A stretch of DNA of 63,671 nucleotides, filler included, from Octopus bimaculoides (taxonomy: Eukaryota), in NCBI RefSeq assembly GCF_001194135.2. It is 8 parts of 6 records of this genome, joined end to end, with 100 filler letters (N's around TTAATTAATTAA, not from the genome) between each part and the next. Parts side by side here need not be neighbours in the genome. Positions count along the whole stretch, not along the records: positions 1 to 14,876 come from NC_068983.1; 7 more parts are not named here. One strand, written 5' to 3'. The notes beneath the pieces were generated by a model. It made no database searches, was not told the origin of the DNA, and worked only from the letters and a program-made list of their open reading frames with translations. Positions 1-13,643 of this stretch are shown here, piece by piece (within the stretch, counting starts at the first letter, position 1; each line of letters opens with the position of its first letter). The translations under genes and the position numbers were made by a program.

Positions 1-1858
1 TATATATATGCACAAACAATTGCAGTGTGGGAAGTGCTTATAAGACATTTAATATAGTGAAAAAGATGTTTTATATGACACATTCTACCAGTATCCCAAG
101 TTTGAAAGTGTTTCGTTAAGAAAACAAGTGTTGCCCGTCAAACCAAAAGGATCCGCAAAGCATGTTAAAACGGTGACTCTTACAAGTCACATACAAGTTT
201 TCATGTCTCACTCCATATAGGGATGTGTCATAACCTAATTAGTAATTTCAGCTTCGAAGACTGCAGAGCCACGCCTCTCAGCCTTAGGACACACAGAGAA
301 AGTAGACGAAGGAAACGTAAAAAAGAGATAAACTGACAAGAAAACAAAGAATGTGGAAGAGAAGAATAAACCACCCAAAGGGTGTACTAGTACTTTATAT
401 TGAATGAATACCATCTTCTATTCGACAAGTTTTTAGCTCCCACCAATGTATATTGAATTTTTCAACACAACATGTTTATAAGAGATTTTTATCTAAAAAG
501 AGAACCACGGTTTCCTGCCTGTCTGCAGTGTACATACGTATTTTTTATGATATATGGTGGGCTGTTTTAAGTTAATGCTACTTCAATTGCATAGACCTGA
601 TAATTGCATTAGTCATTTCAATCTTCAATCTTCAACCAGGTGTTATCCACAAGTTATGTTTTGTGTAGTTTTATAAATGGTTTGAATTATGTTAGTTAAC
701 AGCCAAAAGAGAAAAGTAGATTTTTGGTGTATGTATACTATATATCTACTTGTGTGTGTACGTATGAGTATATGTATGCTTACATATATGTATACAGAGA
801 GCAAGTGAGAAAGAAGGGGTAAAAGAAGGAAAGAGAGAGAGTGGAAGAGAGGGAGAGAGACAGACAGATTTACAAACAGTGACTACGATAAAGAAAGGCA
901 GAAAAAGAAAGGCAGAACTGTGTGCCAGAGAAAGAGTGACGGTGTTAAATAATATTTTGTTTAATGTCCCGAGAGATATTTACAACATTAATGATTAAGA
1001 CATTTAACCTTTTATTGTGTTCACAGAGGAAATATTTTTGTTTGAAGTTTTAGAGCGATCTTGCTTATAACTTTCTTTACAGAAAATGCTATTAAGGTTT
1101 CTGGCAACTTAAAAATAATGTTTAAACATTTGTTAAAGTTAGAATGAAAGCAAATATGGCTTCCATCAGATAAAATCTAACCACTTTATAGAAAAGTTTA
1201 AGCGGATGCGGGAGCGTTCGAATAAAATCTTTCGTAAAAATCCATGAAATACCCACGCTACTAAAATTATATAACAGCACACAATATGCGTTCAAGGTTC
1301 AGTGAGAATATTACATCTGATTTTGTTGAAACCTTTGTTTTAAATATATCTGGAAATAAAGGAAACATTTCGTGTATGTTTTCGACATGCTGAAATTTTT
1401 CTGGTTTAACTTTTGCTAGTTAATTCCAAAGTAAAGTTAATTCACTGTTTTATTAGTATTTTCGAAACATATTATTTTATTGGGAATGCAGTGTATGGGT
1501 GGGTGGGTGGTGTTAATGATAGGAATTAAATCCAAAAGCTGGAATTCAGAAGTAGGATTGACTGTATGAAGTGATACGACGCATTTGCTCTCACGCTGAT
1601 AAATATCAGTCAACATACAGAGTTATACAAGATTTGATATAGATAAAAACTGATAAACAATGAAGTATCTCATAAAAAGTCAGCATCCTCTTTAAATATA
1701 TATATATATATTTAAAAACTATATATTAAAAATTAACGTATTTAAAACAACATGATTAAATTAACGTATTTGAATTTTCAGGAATGTCTTTCTGTAAATT
1801 TTGCTTGGTATAATAATATTCCACATAATTTTTTAGAGTATTATTATCATCATCACCG

Positions 1859-1907
<49 letters not shown>

Positions 1908-1919
1908 TATGTATCTATT

Positions 1920-2135
1920 AAGGCGGCGAGCTGGCAGAATTGTTAGCACACCGTGCAAAATGCTTAGCGGCATTTCGTCTGTTTTCACTTTCTGAGTTCA
2001 AATTCTGCCGCGGATGACTCTGCTTTTCATCCTCTCAGGATCGATAAAATAATTACCAATTCAACGCTGGGATCGACATAATCGACTAACCCTCTTCCCC
2101 AAATTTCAGGCCTTCTGCCTATAGCAGAAAGGATT
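1920..2135 (+). mobile_element. tRNA-derived SINE family A (Meta-domain-like core), full length
   Basis: Head AAGGCGGCGAGCTGGCAGAA, B-box-like GAGTTCAAATTC, core GACTxTGCxTTTCATCCT..GGxTCGATAAA.TAA.TACCA, tail CCCCAAATTTCAGGCCTT.TGCCTATAG.AGAAAGGATT. At least 9 homologous copies in this window. Confidence 0.85.
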
Positions 2136-2139
2136 GTTG

Positions 2140-2480
2140 TTATTTTTTTTTCTTCATCACAGGTCTTGTTGGAGCTCCTGGAGTTTTACATGCGTAACGG
2201 ACTTACTACCTATAACCTACGATACCATGCTATTCGCTCTTTTCAGCTATCTAATACTTTCCTGATTATTCTGGCTATGTCAAGGAGGCAAACCTTTCGA
2301 AGCAGTTCAGTTGGGCACTCAATTCTAATTTCCTTTATATTCTTCTTGATACCTTCTGATATTGTTCCCAAGGACTCAACAGTAATTGGAACACTTTTCA
2401 CCTTCTTCATTTTCCATAGCCGGGTTATTTCGTACATAAGAGGGTTGTATCTTTTCGCCTTCCTTCTTGATCATTCGCGG

Positions 2481-2482
<2 letters not shown>
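2140..2482 (-). mobile_element. 3' end of RLE-type (R4/Dong-like) non-LTR retrotransposon, subfamily B, 5'-truncated at (AAT)n
   Basis: Minus ORF 2243-2437 YEITRLWKMKKVKSVPITVESLGTISEGIKKNIKEIRIECPTELLRKVCLLDIARIIRKVLDS resembles the C-terminus of the RLE domain (VP+V+G+LG...L+K.CLL.TARI+RKVL). Confidence 0.75.
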
Positions 2483-2556
<74 letters not shown>

Positions 2557-2980
2557 CTTCTTTAAATTTTGACTCTATANNNNNNNNNNNNNNNNNNNNN
2601 NNNNNNNNNNNNNNNNNNNNNNNNNNNNNNNNNNNNNNNNNNNNNNNNNNNNNNNNNNNNNNNNNNNNNNNNNNNNNNNNNNNNNNNNNNNNNNNNNNNN
2701 NNNNNNNNNNNNNNNNNNNNNNNNNNNNNNNNNNNNNNNNNNNNNNNNNNNNNNNNNNNNNNNNNNNNNNNNNNNNNNNNNNNNNNNNNNNNNNNNNNNN
2801 NNNNNNNNNNNNNNNNNNNNNNNNNNNNNNNNNNNNNNNNNNNNNNNNNNNNNNNNNNNNNNNNNNNNNNNNNNNNNNNNNNNNNNNNNNNNNNNNNNNN
2901 NNNNNNNNNNNNNNNNNNNNNNNNNNNNNNNNNNNNNNNNNNNNNNNNNNNNNNNNNNNNNNNNNNNNNNNNNNNNNNNN

Positions 2981-3205
2981 GTAACCAGCCCGTTTCGCTG
3001 TCATTCTCAGGGCACCTATGACAATAGGTATTGTTTCCGTCTTCAGATTCCACATTTTGCTAATTTCTATTTCAAGATCTTTATACTTGCTCAGTTTTTG
3101 GTAGGTCTTCACAGATACGTTTATATCGATTGGGACAGTCATATCAATGAGGAGGCATGATTTTTGTCTGAAGTCTTTCAGTATGATGTCTGGCTTATTT
3201 GCGTC
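2981..3205 (-). mobile_element. RLE-type LINE fragment, subfamily A
   Basis: Minus frame TVPIDINVSVKTYQKLSKYKDLEIEISKMWNLKTETIPIVIGAL, homologous to ORF 18223-18462. Confidence 0.8.
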
Positions 3206-3234
3206 TATCTTTCTTCTTCTTCTTCTTCTTCTTC

Positions 3235-3297
<63 letters not shown>

Positions 3298-3298
<1 letters not shown>

Positions 3299-3357
3299 GC
3301 AGTAGTCTTATTTTTATCACGTGCTCTCACTGCACTACCGAGTGCAGCCCTGTGTGC

Positions 3358-3358
<1 letters not shown>
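3298..3358 (-). mobile_element. ~60-bp extreme 3' tip of the subfamily A RLE LINE, embedded between two (ATT)n tracts
   Basis: Reverse complement matches GCACAGAGCTGCGCTCGGTAGTGAAGTGAAAGCACGT.ATAAAAATAA.ACTACTG at 17067-17121. Confidence 0.8.
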
Positions 3359-3424
<66 letters not shown>

Positions 3425-3435
3425 TTGTATCTATA

Positions 3436-3650
3436 AAGGCGGCAAGTCGGCAGAATTCCTAGCAAGCTGGGCAAAATGCTTAGCGACATTTTCGTCCGAC
3501 TGTACTTTCTGAGTACAAATGCAGCCGAGACCGACTTTGCTTTACATCCTTCGGGGTCAATAAAGTAAGTGCCAGCTGAGTGGTGGGGGTCAATGTAATA
3601 GACTTACTTCTCCTCTGAATTTGCTGGCCTTGTGCCAAAATTTGAAAGTA
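3436..3650 (+). mobile_element. SINE family A copy
   Basis: Same head, core and tail as 1920-2135. Confidence 0.85.
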
Positions 3651-4984
3651 TTATTCTGTACCTATTATTGGCATTGATTTACTAGCTTTGTTGTGACAGG
3701 GTTTTGACCAATGTATACTATCTAATCATAACCAAACCATTATTCGTCACGCACTCTCTATTGAGGTTTACATTTTCAAATATATTTCATTTTCAAAATG
3801 TTTCATTGGAGGAAATGTTGACTATTCATTTTAATGAGTAGAACAATTGAGAAGATGCACTCTTGTTACTTGCCTTGCCTGTGTGATAAAAATTGTTAGT
3901 TTGCAATTAGTACGCATCTCAATCAGAGTAATCCGAGAATATATGTGGTAATCATTTCAGCCGTGTATACTTTTATAACACAAACGTAGACTAGTATGCT
4001 ATTAAGTAAAACTGCTTTATAATCCTTCATAATTGGCCTAAAATAACGAGACTCACATTATTAACAAATAGATATTCAGCTCATTCTTCTGAATGTATAC
4101 GATAAACATTACTTTAATCAATAATCAGTAGTTATAAACGCTAACCAATTAACTTTTGATATATGAAGCTGAGAAGTGTTGAAATTAAAATAGCGAAACC
4201 TATTACGTCGTTGTCAATGATGTGGTACAAATGTCGTCTTTACATTCTTTTAAACAAATTCAATTATCATAATATAAATCATAACAATTTAAATTATACT
4301 TTAACAGTTATAGATTCAATTTATATGTTCAAAATGAACATAACATATGTAAAAAGAAATAAAACTTTCATAATCACTTGTCTATTCTCTTTCTGTGAAG
4401 ATAATGGGTCTATAACTTAACCAGATGTAAAATTAGCACTGAAGGAATAATTTGAATATTGTTTATTTAAAGTAATTAGAGAGCCATATCTGACAGCGAG
4501 TTGTACGTATGCTTTTCATTCGATACTGCAAGCTAAACTATATACATGGCAATTACGTAGTAAATCAGCAGAATAACAAATACACTCCTGATATACCGAG
4601 TCGTCAAAATGTATTTCAAAGGGTGGGTTATGATTTATGCTTTGACACAAAAGAGAAGTCTAACGTTTCGGAAGAAAACTTCCTCAGAGAATTGGAAATT
4701 AATTGCTATTTATACAAAGCCTGTTAATAACTTGTTTCGATCTGAAATTTCCAAACTGTTTTCGTTAATGATTATTTTTAATATCTGCACAAGACCAGAA
4801 ATTCGATGGAAGGTGATTCCGCGCGTGCGCACGCACACACACATACACTCGTACAAACACACTTAGATATATGTACGTGCATGTATATATATATATATAT
4901 ATACACTTTCATAGACAAGTGTCTGTGTATGTATGTGGGTGTGTAAGGAATTTCCAGGCAATTAGTTAATGTTTCTTTCAAGCT

Positions 4985-5700
4985 GTTTTAAATGAATTCT
5001 GTCTTTCTCGTGTTAACATAAAGACCAATACTTTCTGTGGCATCTTTCAGACTGTAGAAGAATACAAGAGGCAGTAGAATACAAGAGGCTCTTGAAGTCT
5101 TATCTCACATATATGTCATTCGGGTTAAGGCATAAGCACAATTAGCATCTGTTATTTAGAGGCTGTGTATCTAGAACTTCTTCATTTTCTGTGGTCATAT
5201 TTTCCGCTATCATCAAGGATCAGACAGTAAAGTATGACCAAGAAGCTGTAATTGTATGTCCTTGTAAAATGCAAACAAGAATGTTGAAAAATTCTCTCTT
5301 TCCATCCGTTCAAATCAAATTAGTTCGAGTGTATATTTAGGGCATCATTGTAGTATCTACTATATCTTAAGGGTTTTCATAGGCTACTAGGATTTGTTGC
5401 ATCTTATCTCTGTAAATTGTGCCAAAGATCTTTTGAAAATTCCACCAATACTAATTTCTTGCTCGAACACACTGAAAAATTAATCTCACGGTGAATAAAG
5501 ACCTGCTGTTGAGAGATTCTTTCCGAATCCACGTTGTTGTCTACGAAAACATTTTTTCAAGTCCAGGTGTATATCAAGGAGTTATGGACTTCGGCTGCAA
5601 TACACCTTAATGTGATAACGTGGTCAATCTATAATAACTCTAATTCACTTTTGGAAAAAGGAGAGGATGCAGATTTCAATTTATTTACAGATTGAGTTTC
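4985..5700 (-). mobile_element. Decayed RTE-clade LINE reverse-transcriptase fragment (not in ORF track)
   Basis: Manual minus-strand translation gives ITLRCIAAEVHN, LVEFSKDLWH, KMQQILVAYENP*DIVD, FFNILVCILQGHT and SLKDATESIGLYVNTRKTEFI. These are colinear with RTE RT motifs (ITLLSIAAKVYN / FVDFSKAFDS / KMMEILKAYGVP / FFNILAGVLQGDT / GLYVNAKKTEFM). Many stops and frameshifts. Confidence 0.75.
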
Positions 5701-5821
5701 CATTGTTCTCATAGCTGCTCACTTCATTTCTATGTGGCTCTACGCTTATATATTCATATTTACACCTACATGCGTCTATATCCAACGTGTACCTTTAAAT
5801 CTATATGTACCCGGAACTATA

Positions 5822-6241
5822 TAGAGTGTTCGGGCTAAATTTGACAGTTTGCAGAAAAGGAAAAGAAAACAATACCCCCATCCAAAAGTAAAAGTATTTT
5901 AAATATTAAAAATTATACACTCGATTATTGCTCGGGGGTAACAGTTTATCCAAAGGAGTCACCCTCACCTTCCACTACGACTTTAAAATGGCTCCGGAAC
6001 CTGGCGTCGGCGTTCCTCACTGTATCGCTGAGAAGATCTTCGGACTTTTTCTTGCGTTTAACCACAAGCTTGGCCGGGATATTGCGGAAGATGAGCTTCT
6101 GTAAGGATCTCAATATTTTGATATTTGACACGAATAAGTCTTTTCAAATATCTGTTGACTGGTTACCAATACATCAAGCTTTTCCAGAAAAGAATAGTAT
6201 GGAATGGGGCAAAAGTCGTCAAATTTAACCCGAACATACTT
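5822..6241 (-). mobile_element. Tc1/mariner-superfamily (maT/DD37D-like) internally deleted element (MITE-like)
   Basis: TIRs TGTTCGGGCTAAATTTGAC (5827-5845) and GTCAAATTTAACCCGAACA (6218-6236), 18/19 match. Internal DTVRNADARFRSHFKVVVEGEGD resembles a transposase C-terminus (..ACxRFRSRLEAV+EA.G). Confidence 0.75.
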
Positions 6242-6837
6242 TGAAGCGGTTTTGTTGTTAAAATAGTTTGTATTTTTCTAAATTTCACTATATAGAATTT
6301 CAACCAGAAATATGTATGTGCCTGTGTGTGTATGTATGTATGTATGTATGTATGTTTGTACGTATGTATTATATGCATGTATATATATGTACGCATATTG
6401 TCTCATTGACTCATTACGGATTTCTTACTATTTACTCAATGAAACCAAAAGAGGTACGGTCTGATAGACAAATATAAAGATATGCGACACTTGTACATGA
6501 TCTCTACGTTGCTTTCTTCCAGGTTATCATGTGTTTTTCTCCGTCTTCCACACGCGCAAATTGTCACAAAGACAAGAATCTCATACAATAACACAATCAT
6601 GTTCCATTACATATTGAGAATGAAACATATGTGAGTGTAGGAGAGAGAGAGAGAGAGAGAGAGAGTGATTTAGTGAGAGAAAGAAAGAGAAAGGTAGAGA
6701 AAATGAAAGAGACCTGAAGAATTTGATGAATACTTAAGTAAATAATACTGATAGACATACAAATATATCATATACTCGCACGTATATATGTGTGTGTGTG
6801 TGTGTTAGTGTGTGTGTGTGTGTGTTAGTGTGTGTGT

Positions 6838-6891
<54 letters not shown>

Positions 6892-8142
6892 NNNNNNNNN
6901 NNNNNNNNNNNNNNNNNNNNNNNNNNNNNNNNNNNNNNNNNNNNNNNNNNNNNNNNNNNNNNNNNNNNNNNNNNNNNNNNNNNNNNNNNNNNNNNNNNNN
7001 NNNNNNNNNNNNNNNNNNNNNNNNNNNNNNNNNNNNNNNNNNNNNNNNNNNNNNNNNNNNNNNNNNNNNNNNNNNNNNNNNNNNNNNNNNNNNNNNNNNN
7101 NNNNNNNNNNNNNNNNNNNNNNNNNNNNNNNNNNNNNNNNNNNNNNNNNNNNNNNNNNNNNNNNNNNNNNNNNNNNNNNNNNNNNNNNNNNNNNNNNNNN
7201 NNNNNNNNNNNNNNNNNNNNNNNNNNNNNNNNATATATATATATATACTCACACACACACACAGACGGTGAGAAAGACAGACGGAGATAGAGACAGGTAC
7301 ACTTACACACAGCCAAATATCCGTCGAAGCACGTATACGGGCATACGCGAAATCATGCACTGTAGAGAATATAGACATCTCGGTGCCATTCTGAAGAAAT
7401 AAATACAGACAGCTGAGTATGAACTTGCTGATTTAAATAACTGATTTAGTTATTATTACTGCTTCAACGGTTCTCATGATCAGTCCCGACTACCTAAGTT
7501 GACTCACAGCATGGCGTCTGCTGTATAAGGAATGACCAGCCATAAAAATGGCTGCCTCGAACGTATTATCATTTTCGTGTTGTTGAAAGGAATATGGCAT
7601 ACATTATTATTGCTATCATTATATCAGTTACACGTGATGGGAACAGTTTATATATATTTGAATAATTCCATAAACATAACTCTCTTCATATGTATTGCTG
7701 AGTGAGGGTGAATATATGTACCTCTACTCACACAGACAGACAAACATACATGAATGCATACGCGAATGCATATATATATATATATATANNNNNNNNNNNN
7801 NNNNNNNNNNNNNNNNNNNNNNNNNNNNNNNNNNNNNNNNNNNNNNNNNNNNNNNNNNNNNNNNNNNNNNNNNNNNNNNNNNNNNNNNNNNNNNNNNNNN
7901 NNNNNNNNNNNNNNNNNNNNNNNNNNNNNNNNNNNNNNNNNNNNNNNNNNNNNNNNNNNNNNNNNNNNNNNNNNNNNNNNNNNNNNNNNNNNNNNNNNNN
8001 NNNNNNNNNNNNNNNNNNNNNNNNNNNNNNNNNNNNNNNNNNNNNNNNNNNNNNNNNNNNNNNNNNNNNNNNNNNNNNNNNNNNNNNNNNNNNNNNNNNN
8101 NNNNNNNNNNNNNNNNNNNNNNNNNNNNNNNNNNNNNNNNNN

Positions 8143-8185
<43 letters not shown>

Positions 8186-8202
8186 GTATAAATATTCAGA
8201 GA

Positions 8203-8238
<36 letters not shown>

Positions 8239-8848
8239 CTGGCACACGCGTATTTATATTCATATGTGTTGTTTGGAATTTACATATATATTAAGACTTT
8301 GTGATTATTTATGCATTTATTTTATTGAATATTACTGTTCTAAGCACAAACACATGCACAGGTAGATAGATATCCAGATAAATAGATAGATAGATAGATA
8401 TCGTTAAACTTGTGTATGCATATATATATATGTTTGTATATGTGTATGTACACATATATATGTGTGTCTATATATATATTTGCATATATGTATATATATA
8501 TATATATTTACTTTTACGCTTGTTTTTACTCTTATTAATATTTTTTTTTTAAATATATCAATATGCATTTACATATGATTTTCTGGATGTATGTACATTT
8601 TTGTGTACACATGTATTTATTTATACATAGGTTTATTTATATATTCATATATGAGTGTACTTGTGAATACGTATGGGAGCGTATTTGTGTAGATGTATTT
8701 TTTATAAAAAAATATGTCTATATTTAGATGTATGTGTGTGTGTGTAAATATACATGTGTGTATAGGATTGTGTATACAAGCATATGTGAGTGTGTATGTC
8801 CACATGTGTACGTATATGTATGTATGTATATGTGTATATATGTGGGTG

Positions 8849-8905
<57 letters not shown>

Positions 8906-9948
8906 TTATATAGATATAGATATGTGTGTGTGTGAGTGCGTCTGTGTGTATGTATGTATATATCTATACTTGTGAGGGTGTGTGTACGTATGTTTGTAAG
9001 TATATATGTGTGTATATGTGTACATATCTATGTATATGTATGTATATATAATTGTGTATGTATTTGTATAAATCCATATGTATGTGTGTGCATATATGTA
9101 TGTATGCGTGTATGTGTGTTTGTATATATATATANNNNNNNNNNNNNNNNNNNNNNNNNNNNNNNNNNNNNNNNNNNNNNNNNNNNNNNNNNNNNNNNNN
9201 NNNNNNNNNNNNNNNNNNNNNNNNNNNNNNNNNNNNNNNNNNNNNNNNNNNNNNNNNNNNNNNNNNNNNNNNNNNNNNNNNNNNNNNNNNNNNNNNNNNN
9301 NNNNNNNNNNNNNNNNNNNNNNNNNNNNNNNNNNNNNNNNNNNNNNNNNNNNNNNNNNNNNNNNNNNNNNNNNNNNNNNNNNNNNNNNNNNNNNNNNNNN
9401 NNNNNNNNNNNNNNNNNNNNNNNNNNNNNNNNNNNNNNNNNNNNNNNNNNNNNNNNNNNNNNNNNNNNNNNNNNNNNNNNNNNNNNNNNNNNNNNNNNNN
9501 NNNNNNNNNNNNNNNNNNNNNNNNNNNNNNNNNNNNNNNNNNNNNNNNNNNNNNNNNNNNNNNNNNNNNNNNNNNNNNNNNNNNNNNNNNNNNNNNNNNN
9601 NCCATTTATTGTTTTCATACTCGGTCATAATGTCTTACGTTTAAGATGATTCCCATGCATTCCCTGAAGAGAAGGTTACAATTTTAACATCACAGATCCC
9701 TATGGATCACATAGGTTGTAATCCTTTGAAACATATGTAGGAATAAAGTATGCAATTTTAACATGCGTTTTCTCCATTCCTTAAATTTTTAAATATACTC
9801 AAATACCCAAAATTTCAAGGAGTTCCTGCCTTAAAAACAGGAACTACACCACAGTTATTTTGTGTTCTTTGCTACATTGGTTTCTATTAACACATTTATT
9901 CTATCCGAAGAAATTTTTATTCATTAAGATAGAAGAAATACATATAAT

Positions 9949-9979
<31 letters not shown>

Positions 9980-10048
9980 AGTAACTAGTGAGAAAATTTT
10001 AGCATGAAATGAAAGTAGTAGCTATACTGCGAAGTAATGTTTGTCCCC

Positions 10049-10321
10049 ACTTCAACATAGCTGCTCACTAAGAACCGACGTTACCATCGTTTTTAACCCC
10101 AAGAGGACGCCTCCCCCAGCTGCTCGTTATCCATGCAATCTGTATCCGATATATATTGCAAACAAGGGAGCGAAACCCTACCAACTTCTAACGTTGTGAC
10201 AGAAGCACCAGACTGTCCGGATTCGGGCTATTTTGCCCAGCTTCACTGGTGGTGTAGGAGGCGTCCTCTTGGGTTAAAAACGGTAGTATCATCGGTTCGT
10301 AAGGAACGGCCATGTTGAAGT
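10049..10321. mobile_element. 273-bp MITE/foldback with ~75-bp imperfect TIRs
   Basis: ACTTCAACAT...GAACCGA.G.TAC.A.CGTTTTTAACCC(C)AAGAGGACGCCTCC at left is mirrored at 10256-10321. Superfamily unclear. Confidence 0.75.
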
Positions 10322-10729
10322 ATATATACATATATATATATATATGCGCACACACATATGATAATTAAATAAATATGATATTTTATGTTTATAAATTCAT
10401 ATAACTATTCGGACATAGAATAATGTCTGGAACCGCATCACGAATATCAAGGCGTGTGTGTGTGCGCGCGCAAAAATATATGAATATATACATAAGCATA
10501 GTATATATGTATATATACAATTGCATATGCATATACGTATACATATACTATGTATATGTATATGTACATATACAGATATAGATTATGATAAATATACCTT
10601 GCGTAGTTATTTCTAGCTGGTGTGCGAAACAGGTTCATGGAATGTTGACCCAAAACTAATTTGTTATATCTGTACGTATATGTATATGTCCTTACGTGTA
10701 TGTGTAAGTATATATACGTGTATGTGTGT

Positions 10730-10767
<38 letters not shown>

Positions 10768-10840
10768 TTTGGTGTATAATAGGCATAGACAGACAGACAG
10801 ACAGACAGACAGACTGAGAGAGAGAGACAGACAGACAGAC

Positions 10841-10920
<80 letters not shown>

Positions 10921-11035
10921 GGTTTTTCATGAAGTTTTTTGTCTACCAAATAATTCCTTATTAAGCAAAGCTTCGTCAACTTTATCTTTGGGAGAAGACA
11001 GGTGCAGTGTGGTGGCTTAGAACCCAAAACCGTTA
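10921..11035 (-). mobile_element. Diverged SINE family B fragment
   Basis: Weak match to family B body (GGATTTGGTAGACGGAAACTG) in reverse orientation. Confidence 0.5.
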
Positions 11036-11652
11036 CTGCAGGAATTCTCAGAGAAATTGTCACTTCACATTCTTTTAGTCACAGTATGTTGACTATGTAG
11101 CTAATCGTAAATCTTACTAGAACTCGTACTGACAACACTGTCAAATCACTCTCTAAATTCTGACATTTATAAATGTAACACTGAAAGATGTATTATTTGG
11201 TACTACGCCTTTGAATATTGATCTGTTCAGGGAGAATAGTTTCGAGCTAAACATCGAAATAATCCTCGATACAAACGGTATAACATAGGCAATGCGATTA
11301 CCATATTGCGAATTTGGTGTCATAATATAACAACGGCTTGGTCACGTATGCAACAGAGCTATTGTCTAATCAGTATCTGGTATTCACGTGATAGCTTCTC
11401 CAGATTGTTCCAGAATGTTTCTTAAATATAACCTATAAGTCAGTGGCTCTCAACTATTTTTTAAATATGATTACTATTTTATTTAAGAAGTTCAAAAATA
11501 CAGTCTCTAATTTGAATATTCTCAAGCAAATTTTATTTGAATTCCATTAAATGCTTAATATTTCTAAGTTTATAATACATGGAATTCGTAAAATATATGC
11601 AAACAGTAGCAAATAAAGTTAATAGAATTTGTACAAATTAATGAATCACTTC

Positions 11653-11858
11653 GCTAGCAGAATCGTTTGCTCACCGGTCAAAAGGCCTAGCATTATTTCA
11701 TCCGTCTTTACGATTTCAGTTCAAATTCCGCGAAAGTCAATTTTACCTTCCATCCTTTCGAGATCAATAACATAAATGCCAGTTGAGTATTGGGGTCGAA
11801 ATGATCGACTAAGCCCTCCCCTAAAATTTCAGACCTAGTGCCTATAGTAGAAAGAATA
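11653..11858 (+). mobile_element. Diverged SINE family A copy
   Basis: GCAGAATCG..GC, GTTCAAATTCCG, CCTTCCATCCTTTCGAG.TC.ATAA, tail TGCCTATAGTAGAAAGAAT. Confidence 0.75.
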
Positions 11859-12281
11859 ATTTTCTTTGCGAGGTAGGGGCGTCGAAATTATTTATCCCAT
11901 TTTCGATAACAAACAAAAGATGGTTGACGAAAATTTATTGTTCTTAAAAATATTCAATCAAATGATAACAAAAGCTAATAAAAAAAAACCTAAAGGTTCT
12001 TGGAATACGAAACCAGGTGCTGCGATAACAAAGATGATTGCAGCAATATTAGGATATCAACCAATATATTGTGTCCAATACGCAAACGAATTTCTCGGTG
12101 GAGCAATTAGCAGAAAGGTAATAAGGCCACTGCGATAAAAATCTAGTTTAATAATTCAAGTTTAGATTTCTTGTTAAACATTTCTCTTTCCATATATCAC
12201 TTAAGTTAATTCATATACGTATTTGATATGTGATATGTATCTCAGTGAGTAAATAAGTAAATATCCATATACATGTGTATA

Positions 12282-12315
<34 letters not shown>

Positions 12316-12325
12316 NNNNNNNNNN

Positions 12326-12392
<67 letters not shown>

Positions 12393-12496
12393 ATATGTAT
12401 GTACGTATTATATATATGGATGAATGTATGTAATAATGTATTACTTCTTAACCGATATACCACGTTCAATGTCTATATGTACATTACACACACACA

Positions 12497-12535
<39 letters not shown>

Positions 12536-13416
12536 ATACATACATACATAAACATACATGCATACTAAGTTTGGTACTACTTGATGTACTCTACTATTAA
12601 CAGGATATATCTACAAAGATCAGAAACGATAAACTGTCTCATTTCGGTAAACATAATTTTCATAAAATTTACTGACAATTACTATATTATATATTTATAT
12701 CACTATTGGAACTTGTTTTTCGGAAGTTGTTGAACGTAGTCTTTTCATTTAATTTGTTATTATATTATCTTGATTCAGTAATTTTTCTTTTTTAGTTCTT
12801 TTTTTTTAGTGTTTTTCTTTACTGTTTTGGCATTTCGTTAAGCAATTTGCATTTGGTTATTGACAGCCACTACCATTAATATCGGTAAAGCTGGAGATCG
12901 GCCAAAGGGCATTAAGAATGAATTAACTGAGAGGACGAGCGGACGTTATATCAACATCAGTGTATGAAGACACAGCAGCAGTTATTATTATATATTGATG
13001 GTGGTGCTCTTTGCTAGCGAATAAACTTTGATTGAAGTTTTGTTTAATTTGCTAATGGTTATAGAAATTTGGAATGTGAGGAGAGTTGAGTAGGTAATGA
13101 TATGGACAAGTAACCGAGCAGAGAAGTTTGTTTTCGGTTATCGAGAACAGATAAAAAGTCGGTTAACGGCTAAAGGCAACTGTCTTACAATTCTAGTTCT
13201 GCATCTTGTCCATGGTTAAGACGAATTAATTCTTAAATGCCAGAATATAATGGGGTTGCTCGAATTACACGAAATAGCAATCAATGTATATTTATTTATT
13301 TATTTATGTGTTTCAGCCAAGTGGCTGCGGTCATGCTGGTGCACCACCGTGAATATGTACACATATATGTACACATTTAAAGACATACACACAGACGAAT
13401 AGATAGATAGACAGAC

Positions 13417-13472
<56 letters not shown>

Positions 13473-13540
13473 CGATAGATAGACAGACAGATAAATAGAC
13501 GGATAGCTAGACAGACAGACAGACTGAGAGACAGACAGGC

Positions 13541-13571
<31 letters not shown>

Positions 13572-13643
13572 TAGCTAGATAGATAGATAGACACACAGAC
13601 ACACAGACAAATATACGGATAGCTAGACAGACAGACAGACAGA

